This document shows positions 53,637 through 64,000 of a DNA stretch of 64,000 bases, piece after piece (positions within the stretch are counted from its first letter, which is position 1; every line of letters begins with the position of its first letter). A program made the position numbers and the translations under genes. Location of the stretch: positions 52,328,001-52,392,000 of the forward strand of contig NC_043005.1 in assembly GCF_006345805.1 (NCBI RefSeq), read 5' to 3'. This DNA comes from Octopus sinensis. Lineage: Eukaryota. The notes below the pieces were generated by a model that saw nothing but the letters and a program-made list of their open reading frames with translations, was not told the origin of the DNA and searched no databases.

Positions 53637-53691
<55 letters not shown>

Positions 53692-55046
53692 TTTACTATT
53701 GTTGTTGTTGTTATCGTCTTCTTGGAAAATATTAACCGATAAGAACGCTAAATCATGTCAGAATAATGTAAGATACTGAGTGTATAATAGCAAGTCGCCG
53801 CTCTGTTCAGTGCGCAATACTTTGGAGGGAAGCATAAACCACAGTCCAATTTTCTTTTACATGAATTCCAAATTATCTGCTGTTACGGATACAATAAAAT
53901 GCAGTTAGACTTTTAAATATTAGATAGGAATAATCTATTTTACTTAGATAATCTAATATGACATCCAACTACTGAAGTTGCTGGTGATGTTGATATTGCG
54001 AAACTTATATATTGCTTTTTCGAAGCAGGCTCCATTTTAAAGCTCAACGGGATTTGCTTTTCATCGGGCAAGAACTAAAGAAAAACCAAACCTAAAGACC
54101 GAATCTGCTAGAATTTATTGACTAGCTTGAATTTACTTTAGAAATGTCCTTTGATATGGAAGAAGCAAAGCGGAAAGAAATTGTATGTTCAGAAAATATT
54201 TGTAGACATATCAACAAAAGGAATCATTTTATTTAACCCCTGAGACCTCAATAAGAAGAATGGCGAGAAAATATGTAGATCCAAATCTTACATAGTATTT
54301 TAAAGGATTTGTCTGAGACAATAAATAAATAAATAAATAAATAAATAGACCAAACAGAGTAGAGATATATTTGGACGGAAAAGTTAAAAATGAGAATCTC
54401 AACTATCCTTGATATGGAATATTGAATATCAATAAAGATATAAAACGAAATAAATTCATGTGCATTCGGTTTTTAATATTTAACAACATCGTAAATATCA
54501 GTGTTATTGTTAAAATACTCATTTATTTCATATTATTCATTGACTTTATCTAACAAATATCTTATTTAAGTTTGATAAATTTGAAAGTAATCTATAATAA
54601 AGTATTTCATTAAAATATCTAGAAAATTTCTATTCCTAGCCTTAGCTTTCAACTAAGTTCTTTGGAGGATTTGAAAATATAATCTTGCTATACTTCAATA
54701 CTATCCCAGCCCAGACTGGTCTGAAAATATAATCCTGCTATACTTCAATGCACAGCCCAGACTGGTCTGTAGCACAAAGCATATTACAGCAGTGGAAAGG
54801 AATTTTGGGTAATATCATCTTTCGTCATGATAGTTGATGAGTTATTAAAATGGGACAATGATAAAGAAGAACGAAAAATAGGTGGCGTGCTCAAATTCTA
54901 CGGAGTGTATATTTTAAAGAATGTCTTGGAATATTCTCTGAAATAGAAGTACGCTGCTTCTGATATTAGACCAGATATAGCAGATTCAAAATAACCTATA
55001 TGTTACCAACAGAATTAATTATCTAAGTGAGGCATATATATATATA

Positions 55047-56160
55047 TCAACATCAACCACAAAACCAGCAGTTAGAAAATGTGGAAGGCCCAACTGCGGA
55101 ATCTGTGTCATCTTGAAAGAAGGATCAGAATTTATACTGGAACAAGGCCACCAGTTCACCATTAGAACAAACTTCACCTGCGCATCAGAAAACTTAATTT
55201 ACGTCATAACATGCGCAGGCTGCAATAGGCAGTATATAGGCCATACAAAAAATAGCTTACGTAACAGGATGGCGGTGCATAAATCACAAATTAGAAACCC
55301 TGATTACCGCAAAATACCGGTCAGCGGACACATAGATAGATGTGCTGGAAATGTAAATCCGAAATTTACAACTAACCCGCTCTATAAATTCAGTGACAAC
55401 GCAACCATCACACAACGCCAAAATAAAGAACTATATTTCATAAAAAAATTTAGACCAAGTTTAAACACCCTGGGCGCAGGAATACTAAAACAAAAGATAA
55501 GTCCTCCGAAAAGGAGAAGCAAAATTCCACCACACCGCTACTTCAAACAGACACTCACTCTGACGGAAATATACCTAAGTAAAAAAGGGAAAAAAATTCT
55601 TTCGTGCAAATCTGACCCTGATACATACGATACAGCTAAGGGTCAGACCGATTCTGATTGGTCCAACAAGTTGAAACGTCTAGCTCAGCTAGAATGGACA
55701 GGATACAAACAGGGGACAGTCATTAGTCAGAATATTGATGACGTCCTTTTCTGCTTGAATAGTCACCTAACAAGTACAGACAGGGGGCAGATCTAATGTA
55801 GCTATAAGTCGTGATTGGGCAGAATCTGCATGACGTCCCGTTCTGCTTGACTAACGAACGACTGGCCAGGACAGGAAACAAACAAGAGGCAGTTATAATG
55901 CAGCGATTGGTCAAAATAATGATGACGTCCCGTTCTACTTGACTAACGAAGCGACTGGTCAAAACAGGAAACAAACAAGAGGCAGTTATAATGCAGCGAT
56001 TGGTCAAAATAATGATGACGTCCGTTCTACTTGACTAAAGCCACTAACGAAACGATTGGTCAAAAGTTGATGACGTACGCTACGCTGAATTGACCACCTA
56101 ACAGGCATTATAAAACCGAACTCTTCACACAAAACTCATCAAAGAACCACCAGCGAACAT
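55047..56160 (+). mobile_element. 5'-truncated Penelope-like element: open GIY-YIG endonuclease region plus 3' terminal region
   Basis: Frame is open from 55047: KCGRPNCGIC...FTCASENLIYVITCAGCNRQYIGHT...RMAVH...ELYFIKKFRPSLN (Cys-rich linker, IY-x-C-xx-C-x-YIG of Neptune type). It begins abruptly after (TA)n; no RT seen upstream. Confidence 0.9.
55722..56115 (+). promoter_or_regulatory. Putative Pol II promoter array in the PLE terminus: repeated ATTGG...TGACGT modules then TATAAAA
   Basis: ATTGG at 55814, 55906, 55999, 56055; TGACGT at 55831, 55923, 56016, 56071; TATAAAA at 56109-56115. The modules sit in 92-93-bp tandem units. Confidence 0.5.
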
Positions 56161-56571
56161 CCACCATGGGTCATCACATTTGCTTAAGGCAAAAATGAAT
56201 TCCTCGCTCTTTCGGAAACATCAATCTTCTGTATTGACCGCTTTCCACCACTTTGATCTGTTTTTTGTATTGAATACGTATCGCCACCGTGGGCCACTGC
56301 ATCGAACACTTTGAACATATACTTCAAACTATATATCACTATACATGAACTATATATCACTATACATGAACTCTAAGATGTCTGACTCCGTTGTGTATTA
56401 TAAATGAATTTCTTGTGTTTGACGGCATGAGCTGTCTTTTTTTATATATAACTTTTTTTGATAAAGTTCATTTCAGGAACTGAAACATGTTATAATGTAT
56501 ATATATAAAAATTAAAAATTGTATAATACAGCAGCATTTTCGAACTTCATTTTTTACAAATATATATATAT

Positions 56572-56701
<130 letters not shown>

Positions 56702-56702
56702 G

Positions 56703-56880
56703 TATGGTGAGCTGGCAGAATCGTTAGCATGCTGGACAAAAGGCTTAGCGGCATTTCGTCCATCTTTAAGTTCTGAGTTCAATTTCCACTACGGCAGAAT
56801 TTGCTTTTCATCCTTTCAGGGTCGATAAGTTAAGTACCAGTTGAGCACTCGGTGAGGTTATCGATTTACCCCATCCCTCG
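56703..56880 (+). mobile_element. Family-A SINE
   Basis: ggtgagctggcagaatcgttagc...gagttcaatttcc...gcttttcatcctttcagggtcgataagttaagtacc. Confidence 0.8.
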
Positions 56881-57276
56881 ATCTTGGTCGTACACCAAAA
56901 TAATGTTGTATTATACAGAATATTCAGGTATGTTCAGATGTTTGTGTTTAGTAAAGTAAATTATGTAAATTGAGTTTTCTACAGAAAATCGAAATTCGCA
57001 TGTGGTTTTTGGTCACCGAGAAATTTATGACACAATAGTACTCAATAAGATAATGATTTTAATTCTTTTATTTCATAAATTAGAAAATGAGGTCGAAGTT
57101 AATTTTGAAGATTATTTGTGTGTATCATTGCACCGAGTGCTGAGGTATGATCATATAAGATACTTTGAGGGAAACACTGAAGTAATATTTGACCCTTCTT
57201 ATAATATATATTTGACTATATTGAATCCTTTGTTCAATGGTTACCAGAATATTTTCTACTTTGCACAAGTCATTCA

Positions 57277-59490
<2,214 letters not shown>

Positions 59491-59682
59491 ATATACATAC
59501 ATACATATATATATAATATATATATATATATACATATATATATAATATAATATATATATATATATATATATATACAACTTATAAAAAAGTCTATGCCATT
59601 ATGCTGAGAACAGACTTAAATTGTCAATCACCACTTTTCAATATACATTCACTATAAATATAACGTCGTGAGTAGTATATAT

Positions 59683-59724
<42 letters not shown>

Positions 59725-59935
59725 ATAGATGTATGTGTGTGTATCAATATCTATCTATACACACATATGCATATGCATACGTACATACGTACATACATAA
59801 ATATAAATATATCTATACATATGTGCGTGTGCATGTGTGTGTGAGTATGTGTGTGTATGTGTGTGTGCGTGTTTATTTTATGTTGTATTAGTGTCGAGGA
59901 TTAGTTTCATGAAATATATATAGTTACTAAATAGT

Positions 59936-59967
<32 letters not shown>

Positions 59968-60455
59968 CGAGTGCATATCTTAACAGAGACGTACAAATCT
60001 TATCGCTTTCAACTTTGAGAAATGAAGAAATGATATCAGAACTCAAATAAAGCCTTCATCATATCTCTAGTTGTTCGATTTCCCTATCTCACTCATCCTA
60101 TGCACAACCCGGACTGCTTACCAACAACTCATCCCTTTCGTCGGGGATTGAAGGTACTGCATTTCAACAATTATTGACACTCCACAAAACTCAGACGAGG
60201 CCTACAACCACGTATAGCTCTTATATCTGGGCACGCGTGTGACACTGTTGAGTGCACGTGCGCACACACGCGCAGTTTCAAAGCGACGAAAATATTTTGA
60301 GACAAATTAAATTTAAATGTCGAAGTGAATCTAACGTTTTTTTTTGGTGTGCTTTTAAATGGCTTATAAACGCGTTCCACGTTGCAATTGTTTTTGTTTC
60401 AGCACTCGATCTCAGATCAAGTCACATGCAATGCTAATACATCTCCGTAATATAC

Positions 60456-60591
<136 letters not shown>

Positions 60592-60645
60592 TGTGCGTGC
60601 GTGTGTGTGTGTGTGTATTTATATATATATCGTCATTAAATCGTA

Positions 60646-60703
<58 letters not shown>

Positions 60704-60738
60704 GATATATATATGTGTGTTTATATATATATATATAT

Positions 60739-60930
60739 AACGGGAAGGTTTACGAAATTAAACAAAAGACGAAGTCAGGTGGAGTACAAAAAAACAAATG
60801 TATTAGTATGGCGCTCAGGAATAGAAATAGAACAAGTCTTTTACGTTTCGAGCCTACGCTCTTCGACAGAAAGATACACAGAATAAAACAAGGAGAGAAG
60901 CTAGGAGAGAAAAGAAATGCGTGTAGGAGC
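60739..60930 (-). mobile_element. Solo Penelope-like terminal repeat with an intact-looking minimal hammerhead fold (60836-60874)
   Basis: Reverse complement: tcttt-ctgtcga-a-gagc-gtag-gctc-gaaa-cgt-a-aaaga, flanked on both sides by (TA)n. Homologous to 36709-36910. Confidence 0.8.
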
Positions 60931-61969
60931 TAACGATCTATCATGGCGTATATATATATATATATGTGTGTGTACGTGTGTGTGTATATATATGTATGTT
61001 AAAAAGGAAGGGGTATTATGGATGTTGGATGGACATTGATCATAGTTCTGCTAAATGAAAGTTGGTCTAAAGACATATAGTAACAAGAAGAACAACAAGA
61101 AAATCACAACAGCACCAACAACATACCAACATCTTTCATATGAAACAAAACCACAATTTCTAAGATTCTACTGTTATTGCTATTGTCACCGTTGTTTTTG
61201 TTGTGGTATAACTCCAGATCAAGCCCCTGTAAAGCAAAACCTATGATCAAATGCGTTTCAGCTATGAACCCTTCGTTCGACAGAAACGAAAGTTTGATTT
61301 GAAGCCAAGCTCTCTGAACCAGTAAGAGGTAAATGTGCAAGCGATGTGTCAACGCTAAGACATAGTAGATACTATACAGAGGTAGGTGCTGAACATAATA
61401 AATAAAAACAAACTAAGAGAGATGTCTAGAATTAGCCAGCCAATTACTAGTGAAATACGACAGTGTTATCAAAATAAGTGAAAATAGAGAAACACAAAGA
61501 GAAAGAAAGAAACAATTGTTCTGAATAACTGCTTTATCTGTTTTGAACTTTGATGAGGCTTTTGTTGATCAGATAGAGGGCAGCTTAACTGTAGAATTTA
61601 TCTACAGTGAAGGAACGATTTCATTAATAATTTGATTATCAAGAAGCTATCTCTAGTTTTCCTTTAGGGAGTTATCAATTATTCATCACAGCAAAGCAGA
61701 GTCAATGTAAAGAGAGTGAAACCTTTTCGTTAATTGTATTTTTGATAGCCAATATTTTCACATCGCAAACAGAAAGTCGACTTTTCCCCGTACCAATTGC
61801 TTTCTGACATAAAAAAAACAAAAAAGAAAAAAAAACAAACAAAACTAAAACAAACTTTCGCATTTATGTATTTATTTTGATATCTATTTTGGAATTGGAA
61901 ATCATTTCTTGGAGGAGGAAGGCACATCATGGACTTTTATACTTTCAATATTTGAAAGTATAAAATTTT

Positions 61970-62165
61970 GTGAGTAAGGGGGATAGTTGATTACATCGAC
62001 CCTAGTGCATAATTGATACTTATTTCAGAGACCCTGAAAGGATGAAAGGCAAAGTCGACCTCGACTGAATTTGAACTCAGAAAGTAAGAACGGATGAAAT
62101 ACCGCTAAGCATTTTGCACATCGCGCTCACGATTCTGCCAGCTTGCCACCTTAATGAAAATAATA

Positions 62166-62209
<44 letters not shown>

Positions 62210-62396
62210 AATAATAGTAAGAGGAGGCCGTAAGTCGATTAAATCGACCCCAGCATTCAAATGATATTTATTTTATCGACCGCGGAATGATGAAAGCAGA
62301 GTCAAACTCAAAGGAATTTGAACTCAGAACGTTGAGATGGATGAAATGCTAAATATTTCAACAAGTGTGCTAACGATACTGTCAGCTCTTTGCTTC

Positions 62397-62436
<40 letters not shown>

Positions 62437-62660
62437 TAATAATAATTCTTTCTACTAAAGGCACAAGGCCTGAAATTTTAGGGAGGGGACTAGTTGATTA
62501 CATCGGCCCCAGTGTTTCACTGGTAGTTAATTTATCGATCCCGAAAGGAAGAAAGGCAAAGTCGACCTCGACGGAATTTGAACTCAGAACATAGCGACGG
62601 GCGAAATAACGCTAAGCATTTTACCTGGCGTGCTAACGATTCTGCCAGCTCACCGCCTTA
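61970..62660 (-). mobile_element. Cluster of three family-A SINE copies separated by (ATG)n/(ATA)n
   Basis: Three repeats of the atcgacc...aaagtc.acctc....gaatttgaactcagaa...gctaa body at about 61970-62155, 62230-62395 and 62445-62660. Confidence 0.85.
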
Positions 62661-62705
62661 ATAATAATAATAATAATAACAATAATAATAATAATAATAA
62701 TAATA

Positions 62706-63170
62706 ATTGGAAGTGTTATCATGTACATTGTTTTGTCTTGGTATAAATGATGGGCTACAGCAAACATTCTGTTCAATACCACAGATTTGCTTGTCAGTTG
62801 CTTGACTTTAACCAGTTGAGGATTTCCTTAGTGGCTGGTGCTATGAGCATCTCTGGTCACGATCATCATAGCCAAGTGTTGAGAGGAATTCTTCAGGGTT
62901 CGGAGAATTCCCCTTTGGAAACATGGGTATTTTGTTCATTATCCTTATACAACCCTAATTTAGGGAACTTTTGAGCACGATGTGCTAATCGACCTGAAGA
63001 AAATTCTAACTGGGTCCCACCTGCAAGTTCATGCGCTCCTTATCTTGATATGAGCTCACTATGTCGCATACGTATCTTTGTGATGTATGCGACTGGTGTA
63101 ACCTTGTCAGACGGGTAGTCACGATAGGTATACTGGGCTTCGTATTTTTTATTGAGCTCTCTGGCTCAAT
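62706..63170. mobile_element. Unclassified interspersed element of about 460 bp embedded in a (TAA)n tract
   Basis: Complex, GC-richer sequence with (TAA)n on both sides and no convincing ORF. Consistent with a truncated 3' UTR of a microsatellite-targeting LINE (inference). Confidence 0.45.
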
Positions 63171-63748
63171 AATAATAATAATAATAATAGTAATAGTAAT
63201 AATAATAATTTACGTGTTATCTATCAGGTATTCTGCTTTTAGGCTAAAACTTGTACAAAGAATTTCTACGTCGAAATTACTTGCCTTGGCAGAAAACTTA
63301 AATATTTTAGGCATAAAAACTACTTGTTTACGTCTCCTCATTAACCTTTCGATATGATGTAGTTGTTGTTGTTGTTGTCATCATTGTTGTTGTGTTTTTG
63401 AAAGGAAAATAGGAAAAGAAAGAGGAAGACGTATTTAAAAAGGCAAGAATATATATATATGTAAAAACAAACACAATGAAAAGAGAATTAAAAAAGAAAT
63501 CTGTTATTTTTGGTTTTGTTTCCGGATCTGTTTGGTATTTTGGTATTGATGTCATACTTATTTATAGGTGTTTTTTTTTCATTGGTAATTCTTCTTCTTG
63601 TTATTGTTTTGTATTCTTGGTTTGACATTATAAACTGATCTACGGCTAGTATTTCCGATTTTCACATGAAAACAAAAACAAAGGCAAAACAAGACGTAAC
63701 ATGAGACAAATCTCATCACGATAATTTATGACGTTTAAATCGCCATAT

Positions 63749-63779
<31 letters not shown>

Positions 63780-64000
63780 GTAGCAGCAGCAGCAGTAGCA
63801 GAAGCAGCAGCTCTGAGACTAATATATACCAGCGGCAATTCCGACCACTTAAACAAACGTCCGTTCTTCTTCCCACCACATCTTCAAAAGTAGTTCTGTA
63901 GTTCTATATTCAGCCAAGAAAACCATCCAAATCACCACCATGGCCAATCATCAGCAGTTGCAAGACCATCACTATTACTAGTAAGCTGTATTATAGTTGT

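Noticed and set aside
54674-54772. About 50-bp local tandem duplication (and a 21-bp one near 56330-56370)
   Set aside because: Ordinary slippage-scale duplications with no associated feature.
60121-60200. Minus-strand strong donor (ttg|gtaagc) with an 80-nt open frame
   Set aside because: The acceptor lacks a pyrimidine tract and the peptide is unrecognisable.

Overview
AT-rich, microsatellite-saturated animal genomic DNA. The SINE, LINE and Penelope repeat families look like those of an octopus or other coleoid cephalopod (inference from repeat style, not a database match). One intact host coding region is supported: a 525-aa ORF at 8333-9910 (+) made almost entirely of about 21 leucine-rich repeats, with no visible signal peptide, TM segment or Cys caps. 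It may be the large terminal exon of a spliced gene (phase-0 acceptor at 8365/8366). Everything else recognisable is repeat-derived: about 30 copies or fragments of three tRNA-derived SINE families; decayed LINE pieces (RTE x3, R4/Dong-like, L1/Tx1-like); Penelope-like elements (two GIY-YIG remnants and several termini carrying minimal hammerhead-ribozyme motifs); Tc1/mariner remnants; a non-autonomous Helitron; and a Gypsy pol scrap. There are also two near-perfect tandem duplications (651 bp x3, 1087 bp x2) and a 100-N scaffold gap. Almost all other ORFs in the supplied track are microsatellite artefacts. The most unusual signals are: hammerhead motifs with a family-wide non-canonical core (CUGU-N-GA); a back-to-back tRNA-like palindrome; a fixed-spacing CCAAT/CRE module array upstream of a TATA box in a Penelope terminus; and a four-unit SINE concatemer.
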